This document shows, one piece after another, positions 45,822 through 56,172 of a DNA stretch of 64,000 bases (within the stretch, counting starts at the first letter, position 1; every line of letters begins with the position of its first letter). The stretch lies in assembly GCA_034002905.1 (NCBI GenBank), contig JAVEZQ010000008.1:10206-74205 (forward strand). The letters are read 5' to 3'. This DNA comes from Alphaproteobacteria bacterium. GTDB lineage: Bacteria; Pseudomonadota; Alphaproteobacteria; UBA9219. A program made the translations under genes and the position numbers. The notes under the pieces were generated by a model. It was not told the DNA's origin, made no database searches, and saw only the letters and a program-made list of their open reading frames with translations.

Positions 45822-47060
45822 TTAAGCGGGGATTGCAAAAAAGGTTTCAATCTCTTCAACCAGTTTCTGCGCAATGTCTTCTTTGCGACAACGGGGCCAT
45901 GCGGTTGTCGTGCTGGTCCCTGTTGGAGATTGGCGGTAAAGCGTTACTTCATTTTCATCCTCGCCGAAAATTTGACCACCGGTGACATTATTGGCTAAAA
46001 GCCAATCACAGCCTTTGCGTGCCAATTTTGCGGTGGCGTTTGCCTCTAGATGATCTGTTTCGGCAGCAAAGCCGACAACAAGAGGAGGGCGTTTTTCTCC
46101 CTTTTCTGACAAGGTGGCCAAGATATCCGGGTTTTCGACAAGATGGAGCAGGGGCGTTGCCTCGCTCCCTTTTTTGATTTTTTGTGTTGCTTCGGTTTCG
46201 GGACGCCAATCTGCAACAGCTGCCGCGCAAATGGCTCCATCGGCGGGTAGAGCATTGAGACAGGCCTGTAACATCTCACGGGCTGTTTGCACAGCGATGG
46301 TATGAATGCCGACTGGCGCGGGCAAGGCTGTAGGGCCTGTTACAAGTGTGACCCGTGCCCCTTGTAAAGCGAGGGCTTGTGCAATGGCATGTCCTTGCTT
46401 GCCCGAAGACCTGTTTCCGATAAAGCGGACGGGATCAATGGGTTCAAAAGTCGGGCCGCTGGTCACAATAAAATGCCGTCCGGTTAGGGGGCTGTGGCTC
46501 TGAAAGAACTGGATAATATTTTGCATGATTTCGTCGGGTTGGGACATGCGCCCTTCGCCAGTATCGCCACAGGCGAGGTGTCCGCTTTCGGGGCCAACCT
46601 GAAGAATGCCACGCGTGCGTAGCGTTTTGATGTTGGCCTGCGTTGCCGGATGGGCCCACATGGCACAGTTCATGGCCGGCGCGACCATAATCGGACGTGT
46701 GGCCGCAAGAAGGACAGCGCTTGCCAGCGTATCTGCCAGCCCATGCGCCATTTTGGCTAGCAGGTTGGCGCTTGCGGGCGCAACGACGATCAGATCGCTT
46801 TCGCGGGAGAGCCGAATATGCCCAAACTGCTTTTCATCCTCTGGCGAAAAAAGGTTGGTCAAGCAAGGCTCTTGTGAGAGGGCCGTCACACTAAGCGGCG
46901 TAATGAATTGAGCCCCTCCAGCTGTCAGAATACAGCGGACCTGAGCCCCATGGTCTTTAAGCTTGCGGATTAGTTCGAGGCTTTTATAGGCCGCAATACC
47001 CCCTGAAATAATAAGCAGAATTTTGCGGTTGCGTAATATGTGAGACATAAGACGGCTCAT
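45822..47060 (-). CDS. coaBC: Bifunctional phosphopantothenoylcysteine decarboxylase / phosphopantothenate-cysteine ligase
   Basis: It has the KILLIISGGIAAYKS flavoprotein N-domain and a CoaB C-domain. The start could be the Met at 47060 or at 47048. The coaBC-dut order is conserved. Confidence 0.9.
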   Translation of the reverse strand: MSRLMSHILRNRKILLIISGGIAAYKSLELIRKLKDHGAQVRCILTAGGAQFITPLSVTALSQEPCLTNLFSPEDEKQFGHIRLSRESDLIVVAPASANLLAKMAHGLADTLASAVLLAATRPIMVAPAMNCAMWAHPATQANIKTLRTRGILQVGPESGHLACGDTGEGRMSQPDEIMQNIIQFFQSHSPLTGRHFIVTSGPTFEPIDPVRFIGNRSSGKQGHAIAQALALQGARVTLVTGPTALPAPVGIHTIAVQTAREMLQACLNALPADGAICAAAVADWRPETEATQKIKKGSEATPLLHLVENPDILATLSEKGEKRPPLVVGFAAETDHLEANATAKLARKGCDWLLANNVTGGQIFGEDENEVTLYRQSPTGTSTTTAWPRCRKEDIAQKLVEEIETFFAIPA

Positions 47061-47079
47061 CCTTGGGTTGAGGTCGTGG

Positions 47080-47631
47080 CTATTTAATTGTTTCTTGGGG
47101 ATAGACGCCCCACATTTCTGATTTCTGGAGATAGCCTGTATAAGAACTGACGGATACTTCACACCAAAAGGCCGAGCAAGATTCAATCGTTCCTATGACG
47201 AGAGGGTGCAAGTAGGCTATGACAGGGGCAGAAAGATCATCCGATTTGTATAAGCTCCGCGTCTTGCCTGTTGTAATAAAGGAACGACGGCCTGACAGGG
47301 AACTTTTGTGGACCCAGCCTTCGGATCCTTCCCAATCGCGCACACGGCGCCAGATATCATATTCAGCCGTGATTTCGAGGGGCATGTTTTCTCGTTGGTA
47401 AACCCATTCAATAGGATACCGTGTTCCGGGGCCGGTACGAAGATTAACCTCCGAACTTCGCAAGGAGGCGAAACGTGGTAGGGGAAGGCCTGATGGACCA
47501 AGCCCTCCCTCTCCTGCATCGTTGATCGATCTATCAGCGTTCTCCGCATGTGAAACAGGCGGGAGTATGATAAACCCGATAACAAGGGCGATGAAGGGCC
47601 ATAGCTGTGCGTTTTTCATAGGGACGGGCAA
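47080..47631 (-). CDS. SH3-like domain protein (DUF1058 family), secreted
   Basis: It has a signal peptide and the conserved NLRTGPGTRYPIEWVY...MPLEI...WRRV..EG..GWVH motif. Confidence 0.75.
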   Translation of the reverse strand: MPVPMKNAQLWPFIALVIGFIILPPVSHAENADRSINDAGEGGLGPSGLPLPRFASLRSSEVNLRTGPGTRYPIEWVYQRENMPLEITAEYDIWRRVRDWEGSEGWVHKSSLSGRRSFITTGKTRSLYKSDDLSAPVIAYLHPLVIGTIESCSAFWCEVSVSSYTGYLQKSEMWGVYPQETIK

Positions 47632-47860
47632 ATACTAGTTTTCACGTTCTTTTGGAATAGGGGGAAAGGGCATAGGAAATCAAGCTAAACCTTCCCGCTG
47701 CGTGTTATCAAAAGATTAGCCGGTTTTTTAAAGGTGTTAATGTGTGTCTTCGGCGTAAGAGCAAAACGATCTAGTTCCGCTGACCTGTAAGCGTTACGTT
47801 AATCATTTTAGGCACAAATTATGATCAGTTTCATCTCTTATCAGGGATTCGGTCGGGTTC

Positions 47861-50617
47861 GTGCTAAGTAATATTTCATATCGGTTGTTTATTTTGCCGA
47901 CATTGCTGCTTGCAGTGTTTATTGGCTCATTTGCTGTGGCCGAGTCGCGCAAGATGGGTAATGACGAGCGAATCCGTTTGGTGATTGAGGATCCCGTTAC
48001 CAATCTGGCACATCGTCTTGAACATGCTGCATGGCGGATGGAAAGCATTTTCGAGAGCTACAAAACCTCAATTGCAGAAGGAAAAAACAAAGATCTCGCA
48101 GAGTTTAAAGAGGCCTTTGTCCAGTTGAAAAAAAATGAATCAATGATGTCAGCCTATCTGTTGCTGGATCAACCGAGGGCTGAAGATTATCTTCACGAAC
48201 TTGACCAAATGACGCGTATACGCGAGAATATGCGCCGCATTGACAAATACATTGGACAAGACACGATATTGACGGCCAAAAGTTGGAGCGTGGTCAAGGA
48301 CTACATGGCCTTGATCCTTGCGGATTCGCATAATTTGGGCACATCAATCAAAAACAAACATCAACAAAGTCTATCGAGCCTTTTAAAAACAATAGCCAAA
48401 GACGAAAACCATCGCACGATTCTTACCATTTTCATTTTTATAGTGGGTATTGCCTTGATCCTTGTCTTGTTGGATATTGTCTATCATTTTAAGTCGAACG
48501 CTGAACGAGCACAAGCGGCAGAACGCTATAATGCCCTATTTGCTGGGGCCCTTCATAATACGCGTGTCGGTGTTCTTATCCGGGATATGCAAAATTCCAA
48601 TCATCCTGTTGTGTACATCAACGAAGCCTTTACGGTGCTTACAGGATATAAACAGGAAGACCTTGTTTCCGAGAACAGCGAATTTTTGTTTGGGTGGAAT
48701 ACGGCTTCTTCGATTGTGAACGCATTTAGGAGAACAATAAGTCTGCATGAAACATCAACATTCGATTGTTTGTTGTATAGAAAAGATGGCTCGCCTTTTT
48801 GGGTGGAATGGCATTTAAGTCCCATGTTCAATGAAAAAGGAGAAATCACATACTATGTCAGCCTGTTTAATGATATTTCAGCCTTCCGTCAGGCGCAGGA
48901 GGAGTTAATTCAGGCAAAGGCGTTGGCAGAGCGCGCCAGTGCCGTCAAAACGAGTTTTTTGGCCATGATGAGCCACGAAATTCGGACACCAATCAACGGC
49001 ATTTTAGGTGTTATCAGGCTCATGATGGAAACCAATCTTGATAAAGAGCAACAGCACCTTCTTGGCATCGCTCGAACGTCGAGTAATGCGCTTCACAGCA
49101 TTATCAACGACATTCTTGACTATGCAAAAATGGAAGCAGGCAGGGTTGAGATTGTTGACGAGGCCTTTTCATTGTCGGAATTGGTTTTTGAAATTGAAGA
49201 GTTTGGCAAGTCTCTCCTCATAGATAAGGGCGTGCGAATGGATAGTTTCGTAATGACAGGCGAGGCGGATATTGTTGTGGGGGACCCTAGCCGTCTGCGC
49301 CAGATATTGCTTAACTTGCTTTCAAACGCCATAAAATTTACCGATCAGGGCACAATAACGGTCCGTGTTCTTTCAATGATGGAACAGCAGGTGAAGGGAT
49401 TACCGGGCGTATTGATGCGTTTCGAGGTACAGGATTCGGGGATCGGTATTAATCCGGATGACCAGTCCAAGTTGTTTCAGGAATTTAATCAGGTTGAACG
49501 TTCTTTCAGTCGTCGTTATGGCGGAACGGGATTGGGCTTGGCTATTTGCCGACGTCTTGTTGCCATGATGGGAGGAGAGATAGGGGTCGAAAGTCAGGTC
49601 GGCACGGGAAGCAAGTTTTGGTTTATGATCCCGATGCGGACGGCACAGGCCAGTGATCTTGTATGCGAGTTGCCACTTGCTGAGCGTAAGAAAAATGCGG
49701 TTGCAAAGCATCCGTCCGAGATAACGATTCTTTTGGCCGAAGACAATGAGACGAACCGTCTTGTCGCAAAAAAATACCTTGAGAAAATAGGATTTCACGT
49801 TGACGAAGCTGTTAATGGTGTTCAGGCGGTAAATCTTGCGCGGGCAAAGCAGTACGATTTGATCCTTATGGATGTTTCAATGCCAGAGATGGACGGAATG
49901 ATGGCCTCGTTTCAAATACGCGCCATTGGCGAGGGGTATGCCCAGACACCGATTATAGCCTTGACGGCTCATGTTATGGCTGGCGATCGGGATTTGTGTC
50001 TTTCCGCCGGAATGAATGATTATCTGAACAAGCCAATCGATTATGACGTCTTTATCAAAACGCTAGATCGTTGGTTGCACCTAGAGTTGGCTCATAACGT
50101 TTTGGCGCGTGATCGAGATAATGGCCTCTGCGGTTTCCCTGCACAGGAGAAGAGAGAGCAAGGGGAAATGGATCGGAGCGTATCTGATGCCTCATCCACA
50201 GAGATGCAGCCTGCCCTTGTTGGAACGCTGGGGTACTATACTAAAAAATATCCCTTGTTTGATCCAACCGTGCTTGAGCGGATGAGGGATACGCTTGGTG
50301 GTGATGTTGTGCAGCAAGTCACGGACGTCTTTTTAAAAGATTCCAAGAAAAGAATAGCTGAACTTGACACGGCGAACGATTACAGCCACCTGCAGGACTT
50401 GGCACACACTATGAAAAGTTGTTGCGGCAATTGCGGCCTAACCCGTTTAAGCCATGCCATGGCTGATCTTGAGGCTGCGGCGGGCAAGGGGGATATCGCA
50501 CAGATTAGAGAAATTCAACCTTTGCTTATGGGGCTGTACCAAGAGTCTATTCATGCCTTACTTGAGGGGCGCACAACATATTTTAGTAATCAAGAGGCCC
50601 CAGAGGCTATATCATGA
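47861..50617 (+). CDS. Hybrid sensor histidine kinase / response regulator with PAS, HisKA, HATPase, REC and C-terminal Hpt domains
   Basis: It has two TM helices, a PAS domain (YINEAFTVLTGY), an H-box MSHEIRTPING, N/G1/G2 boxes, a REC with DLILMDVSMPEMDG and an Hpt with HTMKSCCGNCGL. It has a GTG start. Confidence 0.9.
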   Translation: MLSNISYRLFILPTLLLAVFIGSFAVAESRKMGNDERIRLVIEDPVTNLAHRLEHAAWRMESIFESYKTSIAEGKNKDLAEFKEAFVQLKKNESMMSAYLLLDQPRAEDYLHELDQMTRIRENMRRIDKYIGQDTILTAKSWSVVKDYMALILADSHNLGTSIKNKHQQSLSSLLKTIAKDENHRTILTIFIFIVGIALILVLLDIVYHFKSNAERAQAAERYNALFAGALHNTRVGVLIRDMQNSNHPVVYINEAFTVLTGYKQEDLVSENSEFLFGWNTASSIVNAFRRTISLHETSTFDCLLYRKDGSPFWVEWHLSPMFNEKGEITYYVSLFNDISAFRQAQEELIQAKALAERASAVKTSFLAMMSHEIRTPINGILGVIRLMMETNLDKEQQHLLGIARTSSNALHSIINDILDYAKMEAGRVEIVDEAFSLSELVFEIEEFGKSLLIDKGVRMDSFVMTGEADIVVGDPSRLRQILLNLLSNAIKFTDQGTITVRVLSMMEQQVKGLPGVLMRFEVQDSGIGINPDDQSKLFQEFNQVERSFSRRYGGTGLGLAICRRLVAMMGGEIGVESQVGTGSKFWFMIPMRTAQASDLVCELPLAERKKNAVAKHPSEITILLAEDNETNRLVAKKYLEKIGFHVDEAVNGVQAVNLARAKQYDLILMDVSMPEMDGMMASFQIRAIGEGYAQTPIIALTAHVMAGDRDLCLSAGMNDYLNKPIDYDVFIKTLDRWLHLELAHNVLARDRDNGLCGFPAQEKREQGEMDRSVSDASSTEMQPALVGTLGYYTKKYPLFDPTVLERMRDTLGGDVVQQVTDVFLKDSKKRIAELDTANDYSHLQDLAHTMKSCCGNCGLTRLSHAMADLEAAAGKGDIAQIREIQPLLMGLYQESIHALLEGRTTYFSNQEAPEAIS

Positions 50618-50718
50618 AATCTTTCCTTGAAGAGCTCGGTTGTTAACCATAAGATGTCTTGCGAATCGCGCCATTCGTTGCCCATTCCTTAGCCTTCCTT
50701 TGCCTTGACGGGGTTTTT

Positions 50719-52746
50719 ATGAACGCCGAGATCGCTCTAACCCTTTATGAGACTCCAGAGACCGAGGATGGCGTCATCCATATCGATTTGTCGGATATGC
50801 GCCAACTTGGCGTGATAACTGGCGATGTTATTGCGGTAGAAGGGGAGCGCCGGGTTCATTTGTTTGTTCAGCCAGCATTGATGGGAGACCGGAACCAGAG
50901 GCTTGCGCGAGTCAGTTCGCTGACGGCCAAAAATCTGGGATACACGTCTGGTCAGCGCGTCCGTCTCTTGCCTGACCGCTATCGCTTGCCTATTGCAGAA
51001 TTGGTTACGCTCCAGACCGAGGATGATATTGACCAAATTCATGTCGTGGCCCGCCAAAGACAGATCGGAACGGCTTGGGGGCGACACCCCATTTCGGAGG
51101 GTGACGAACTCCGCGTGCCGACGCTTGATCGTTACGATTTGCGGGTCAAGGTTACGGCCCTTCAACCGGCCGGACCCGTGCAAATAGGCAGCACCACAGA
51201 GTTTGTGATTACGTCACAACGGCTTGTAGACACGCGATCCATTAAAATTGGAGGTATGCGAGAGACTTATCGTTTGTGTCAGTCTTTTGCCAAAGCCCGT
51301 TTTACAAAGAGCCCCAATGCTTCACCAAGTACCATCTTGTTGTCGGGGCCGTCAGGATGCGGCAAGGCGCGAATGCTTGCACGCTTGGCACAGGATATGG
51401 GGGTGGCATATCACGTTTTGGATGCGCAGAAGTTGATGGATCGCTGGCTGGCGCGTACGCCCCCTGATTTAACCGGTTATTTAGTCGATCTGGGAAAGCG
51501 CGGAAAGACGATCCTTGTTTTTGATCATCTTGAGGTTCTGGAGAGCAAGTCGAACCAAACGTCGACGATTGCGGCTGCGGCAAGCTCTGTTACGGGGCAG
51601 ATCTGTTCGATTTTAGAAGAAATGCCAACACAGCCAACCATACTAGTTTTTGGTGTCTGTTCTGGAGAGCTGGCCCCTCGGATTGCGCATGCACAGCTCT
51701 TTGATTTTATTCATACGGTTGATGCGCCGAACCGATGGTCGCGTGGCGAGATTTTACAACTTGCTGTACAGGCGCAATCTGTTGCGGATGATGTTGATCT
51801 TTCGGCATTGTCTGCGATGACGGGCGGGATGACGGCACGTGAATTGAACTATCTTGTCAAATCCGCCTCTTTGCTTGCTGCTGGCGCAAAAATTTCGACA
51901 TCGGATTTTATTGCTGCGTTGAGATTGATGCCGATCCCAGATCGGGCAAACATTCGGTGCGACATTCCCACAACCATATGGGACGAACTGGCAGGGCTTG
52001 ACGATGTCAAACAGTTGCTGCTTGAAACCGTGCCATGGTCGCTCAAATATAATGATCGCTTTGTTCGGGCGGGGGTACGCCCGCCACGCTCGATTTTGCT
52101 CTCGGGTGGCCCAGGAACAGGAAAGACTTCCCTCATCCGTGCCTTGGCATCGCGGTTGCCAATAAATTTTGTTGAGATCGTTTGTCCGGTACTGTCCTCA
52201 CGCCATGATCGCGAGGGGCTGGATTTGGTGCAGGAGGCCTTTGCCTTGGCGCGGCGTAAAGCGCCATGTGTCCTCTTTTTTGATGATATCGACGCGTTAT
52301 TTGAAGGGCATGATAATCTGCCACCGGATTCTTTCGGGTTTGGCTCTGCGGTAACCCAGCTTTTGATCGAGTTGGATGCCATTGCAACTTTACCTGGCGT
52401 TGTGGTCATTGCTGCGACGAACCGCCCCGATCGTCTAAACAGCGAGATTATGCGTCCGGGCCGTTTTGATTTTGCCTTGACTCTACCTATGCCCGACATG
52501 CCCGCCCGCAAAAAGATATTGCAGATTCACGCGCGCAAGCTTCTTTTGGCGGAAAATATTGATTTTGATCGTCTGGCGTCGGGGATGCATGGGATGTCTC
52601 CTGCCGATATTGCGGCTTTGTGCAACAGGGTTGGCATGATGGCCTTGCGCCAGTCTTTGGCGATATCGACGGAAGACGGTGATCCTCTGACGGTTGTAAC
52701 CGCTGAATTGTTCGAACAGGCGCTGCGGGGACGCAACAAGGGTTAG
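50719..52746 (+). CDS. CDC48/p97-like double-AAA+ ATPase with an N-terminal double-psi beta-barrel-like domain
   Basis: It has an N-domain, a D1 module (GPSGCGKA; Walker B ILVFDHLE) and a D2 module (GGPGTGKTSL; VLFFDDIDA; ATNRPDRLNSEIMRPGRFD). Confidence 0.8.
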   Translation: MNAEIALTLYETPETEDGVIHIDLSDMRQLGVITGDVIAVEGERRVHLFVQPALMGDRNQRLARVSSLTAKNLGYTSGQRVRLLPDRYRLPIAELVTLQTEDDIDQIHVVARQRQIGTAWGRHPISEGDELRVPTLDRYDLRVKVTALQPAGPVQIGSTTEFVITSQRLVDTRSIKIGGMRETYRLCQSFAKARFTKSPNASPSTILLSGPSGCGKARMLARLAQDMGVAYHVLDAQKLMDRWLARTPPDLTGYLVDLGKRGKTILVFDHLEVLESKSNQTSTIAAAASSVTGQICSILEEMPTQPTILVFGVCSGELAPRIAHAQLFDFIHTVDAPNRWSRGEILQLAVQAQSVADDVDLSALSAMTGGMTARELNYLVKSASLLAAGAKISTSDFIAALRLMPIPDRANIRCDIPTTIWDELAGLDDVKQLLLETVPWSLKYNDRFVRAGVRPPRSILLSGGPGTGKTSLIRALASRLPINFVEIVCPVLSSRHDREGLDLVQEAFALARRKAPCVLFFDDIDALFEGHDNLPPDSFGFGSAVTQLLIELDAIATLPGVVVIAATNRPDRLNSEIMRPGRFDFALTLPMPDMPARKKILQIHARKLLLAENIDFDRLASGMHGMSPADIAALCNRVGMMALRQSLAISTEDGDPLTVVTAELFEQALRGRNKG

Positions 52747-52891
52747 TAAGCGAATCACAGCGGATCGAAAAAACGTTAAAAAAGATAAAAACGGGGTTGG
52801 CTGGAATCGTGAATGGTATTATATTCTCGAAACGGTTTTTTGTGGCATGGTGCCTTTTCTTTTTAATCTCACGCTATTAGGACGTTTCTAG

Positions 52892-53782
52892 GTGCATACA
52901 CGTCGTACGGGATGGGTGTATACAACGGCCTTGTCATGGAGAGCGGTCGCCCATCGCTTTTCTTATGCTTTGTTCCTGTTCCTGTCGATTGGCCTCATTT
53001 TTCTTGGCCAGTATCAACCTATGGTAGTAAATACGGCACGTGCTCGTGTAGTTGATGGTGTTGGCCCCATTCTGGATATTCTTTCCCAGCCCATGGCCAT
53101 GATAGATACAATGTCAAGCCGTGTTCAATCTTACCGCAGCCTTATGGCCGAGAATGCCCGTCTTCGCGTTGAAAACGCACTTCTGGTTCGTTGGCAGAAC
53201 ACGGCGCTTGCCTTGGAAAGCCAAAACAAGGAGTTGCGCGAGCTTCTGAAATACAAGCCCGAACCTTCCTTGGCCTTTATCTCGGCACGTGTAATTGGCG
53301 ATACGGGGACGGCTTTTGTTCGGTCCCTTATCGTGACGGCAGGACGGTTGCAGGGGGTCAAGCAGGGAATGGCGGCTATGACGGGCGAAGGGCTCATTGG
53401 TCGTGTGGTTGAGGTCGGAGAGTGGACGTCGCGTATTCTGCTGATTACGGATATGACGTCGCGTATTCCTGTTATGGTCATGGGATCAGGTGATCATGCG
53501 ATATTGACCGGGGATAATTCTTTGACACCAAAACTTATGTATTTGCCGCAAGATGCAGATGTCCGACCCGGTATGCGCGTCATGACGTCTGGGCATGGCG
53601 GGGTCTTTCCACCGAACCTTCCCGTAGGTGTGATTGCGCGGATGGATCATGGGGAAATACAGGTTGTGCCGATGACATCGCTGGGCCGTATCAACCAGAT
53701 CCGTCTGGTTGATTTTGGTCTTGTCGCCGGGGAGTTTAACCCGATGACCGAAAAGCTTCAATCGGACAAGACGGCACCTTGA
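52892..53782 (+). CDS. mreC: Rod shape-determining protein MreC
   Basis: It has an N-terminal TM, a coiled coil and beta-barrel domains, and sits upstream of mreD and mrdA. It has a GTG start. Confidence 0.9.
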   Translation: MHTRRTGWVYTTALSWRAVAHRFSYALFLFLSIGLIFLGQYQPMVVNTARARVVDGVGPILDILSQPMAMIDTMSSRVQSYRSLMAENARLRVENALLVRWQNTALALESQNKELRELLKYKPEPSLAFISARVIGDTGTAFVRSLIVTAGRLQGVKQGMAAMTGEGLIGRVVEVGEWTSRILLITDMTSRIPVMVMGSGDHAILTGDNSLTPKLMYLPQDADVRPGMRVMTSGHGGVFPPNLPVGVIARMDHGEIQVVPMTSLGRINQIRLVDFGLVAGEFNPMTEKLQSDKTAP

Positions 53783-54297
53783 TGCCACCCGTTTCAGAAA
53801 ACAAGACAGTTTACTTTGCGCGCAGTTTGTTGCCATTTTTGACGACGTTGGCAATGGTTCTCGCCGGTGTCATGGTTTGGCCTGTACCTTTTCTGGGTGC
53901 GATTACACCTTCTTTCGGTCTTGTTGCTGTTTATTACTGGTCAATTCATCGGCCCGATCTTTTTCGGCCAGTGATTGTTTTTATCTTTGGCCTTCTTAAC
54001 GATATTCTCCATTTTTACCCCATTGGCCTTACGGCGGTCATTTATCTTATCATTTATCAGCTTTCCTTTAGCCAGAGGCGGTTTTTTGCCGGGCAAATTT
54101 TTTATATGCTGTGGTTTGGTTTTATTGTCGCGGCTGCGATCAATCTTGTCATTGTGTGGATAATCCTGTCGCTTAACAACCATGCGATTGTTCCTTTGTC
54201 ATCTGTTCTGACGCAATTTATCTTTACCATTATTCTCTTTCCTTTTCCTGCGTGGCTTTTAATCCGGCTACAGCGCCTTTTTCTTTCAAAAGAGTAG
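53779..54297 (+). CDS. mreD: Rod shape-determining protein MreD
   Basis: It is a 172-aa polytopic membrane protein whose start overlaps the mreC stop (ATGA). Confidence 0.8.
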   Translation: MMPPVSENKTVYFARSLLPFLTTLAMVLAGVMVWPVPFLGAITPSFGLVAVYYWSIHRPDLFRPVIVFIFGLLNDILHFYPIGLTAVIYLIIYQLSFSQRRFFAGQIFYMLWFGFIVAAAINLVIVWIILSLNNHAIVPLSSVLTQFIFTIILFPFPAWLLIRLQRLFLSKE

Positions 54298-54300
54298 ATC

Positions 54301-56172
54301 ATGAGCAGGGACACCGAAAAAGTTCGGTTGTTTACGCGGCGAGCCGTTCTTGTCGGAGGTTTGCAGTTTGGCGTGCTATCCGCATTGGCAGGACGACTTT
54401 ACTACCTGCAGATATTGCAGAAGGAACGGTTTAGTACGCTAGCGGAAGACAATCGGGTTAATGTGCGTCTGATTGCGCCGCCGCGTGGCCAGATTACAGA
54501 TCGGAACAGAACGCTTCTTGCGATCAATCAACAAAATTATCGTTTGGTTGCCTTGCCGGAGCAGGTTGACGACCTTCAAAAACTTTTAGACAAGCTGGAT
54601 CGTTTTATGCCGCTTGATGAAAACGAGCATAAACGCATCTTTAAAGACTTTAAAAATCGTGATGGCCTCAATGCGGTCTTGATCCATGACAACCTGACGT
54701 GGGAACAAGTTTCGGCCATCTCGCTCAACCTGCCTGAACTCGCGGGAACGGATATCGAAGTTGGAGAGGTGCGAACCTACCCGTTTGCTCATTTGACGAC
54801 ACATGTTGTCGGATATGTTGGGCCCGTTTCCCAGTACGACAAGGACAAGGGCCGTGTCAGCTTTGCTATTCCTGGTTTTCGAATTGGCAAAAGCGGAGTT
54901 GAGCGCGAATATGATGAGCCTTTGCGAGGTCAACCGGGGGATCTTCAGCTTGAGGTCAATGCGCATGGGCGCGTTGTGCGCGAACTATCGCGTAATGAGC
55001 CTGTGGCTGGCGAAGACCAACGATTAACGATCGATATCAATCTTCAAAAAGTCTTACAGCAGCGTCTTGAGAAAGAGCAAAGTGCAGCAGGCGTTGTTAT
55101 GGATGTCAAGAGTGGCGCTGTGTATGCGCTTGTTTCTCATCCATCTTATGATCCCAATCTTTTTACCTATGGGATCAGTCAGAAGGATTGGGATAGTTTG
55201 AACAACGATGAGTATGTCCCTCTATTGAATAAAGTTCTTGATGGTGTGTATGCGCCCGGTTCGACTTTCAAAATTGTGACCGCGCTTGCGGGATTGGAAG
55301 AGGGTATTATCACTCCGACAGATACGGTTTTTTGTCCCGGTCATTATGATCTTGGCAACCATAGATTTCACTGTTGGAAAAAGGGCGGGCATGGTCCCAT
55401 GAATCTGACGGGGGCGTTGGCCGGCTCGTGCGATACGTATTTCTATGAAATGGGTAAGCGCATCGGGATTGATAAAATTGCTGCGATGGCCAGAAAGCTT
55501 GGCTTTGGCGAAAAAACAGGTATCGATTTTCCACATGAGCGTTCGGGGCTTGTTCCTACACGTGCTTGGAAAGTTGCAAAGCGCGGCAGTAACTGGCAGC
55601 AGGGTGAGACGTTAATTGCGGCAATTGGTCAGGGCTATTTGCTAACATCACCTATGCAATTAGCGGTCATGATGGCCCGCATTGCCAATGGGGGGTTTGC
55701 GGTCAAGCCCCATATCGTTGTTCCTCCAGACGGAGAGTGGCGCGATGATAAACCGGACGGGAACGAGATGCGTTTCAAACAGAAGAATCTCACAACATTG
55801 TTGAATGCTCTTTCAGCTGTTGTGAACCAGCCAATCGGGACGGCTTTTGGCTCGCGCATTATGACCGAAGGTTTCGAGATGGGCGGCAAAACAGGCACAT
55901 CACAGGTTCGTCGGATATCGATGGCTGAACGCGCCGGAGGTGTCATTACAAATGACGAACTGCCGTGGAAAGAAAGGGATCATGCCCTTTTTGTTGGTTT
56001 CGCCCCCGTTGATAATCCACAGTACGCTGCAGCGGTTGTGATCGAACATGGCGGCAGTGGTTCACATGCGGCTGCGCCTATTGTCCGGGATATTCTTGAG
56101 GAATGTCAGAAATTGAATGTTGCGGGTATTACGCGTATGCCGACTGACAAAACGCCAGACAAGGCAAGCTAA
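54301..56172 (+). CDS. mrdA: Penicillin-binding protein 2 (peptidoglycan D,D-transpeptidase)
   Basis: It has an N-terminal TM, a dimerisation domain, an STFK active-site motif (GSTFKIV), SCD (GSCDTYF) and KTGT. Confidence 0.9.
   Translation: MSRDTEKVRLFTRRAVLVGGLQFGVLSALAGRLYYLQILQKERFSTLAEDNRVNVRLIAPPRGQITDRNRTLLAINQQNYRLVALPEQVDDLQKLLDKLDRFMPLDENEHKRIFKDFKNRDGLNAVLIHDNLTWEQVSAISLNLPELAGTDIEVGEVRTYPFAHLTTHVVGYVGPVSQYDKDKGRVSFAIPGFRIGKSGVEREYDEPLRGQPGDLQLEVNAHGRVVRELSRNEPVAGEDQRLTIDINLQKVLQQRLEKEQSAAGVVMDVKSGAVYALVSHPSYDPNLFTYGISQKDWDSLNNDEYVPLLNKVLDGVYAPGSTFKIVTALAGLEEGIITPTDTVFCPGHYDLGNHRFHCWKKGGHGPMNLTGALAGSCDTYFYEMGKRIGIDKIAAMARKLGFGEKTGIDFPHERSGLVPTRAWKVAKRGSNWQQGETLIAAIGQGYLLTSPMQLAVMMARIANGGFAVKPHIVVPPDGEWRDDKPDGNEMRFKQKNLTTLLNALSAVVNQPIGTAFGSRIMTEGFEMGGKTGTSQVRRISMAERAGGVITNDELPWKERDHALFVGFAPVDNPQYAAAVVIEHGGSGSHAAAPIVRDILEECQKLNVAGITRMPTDKTPDKAS

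Noticed and set aside
51849-52511. 220-aa minus-strand ORF inside the AAA ATPase gene
   Set aside because: It is antisense to a clear AAA+ D2 domain. Ser/Arg/Ala-rich composition.
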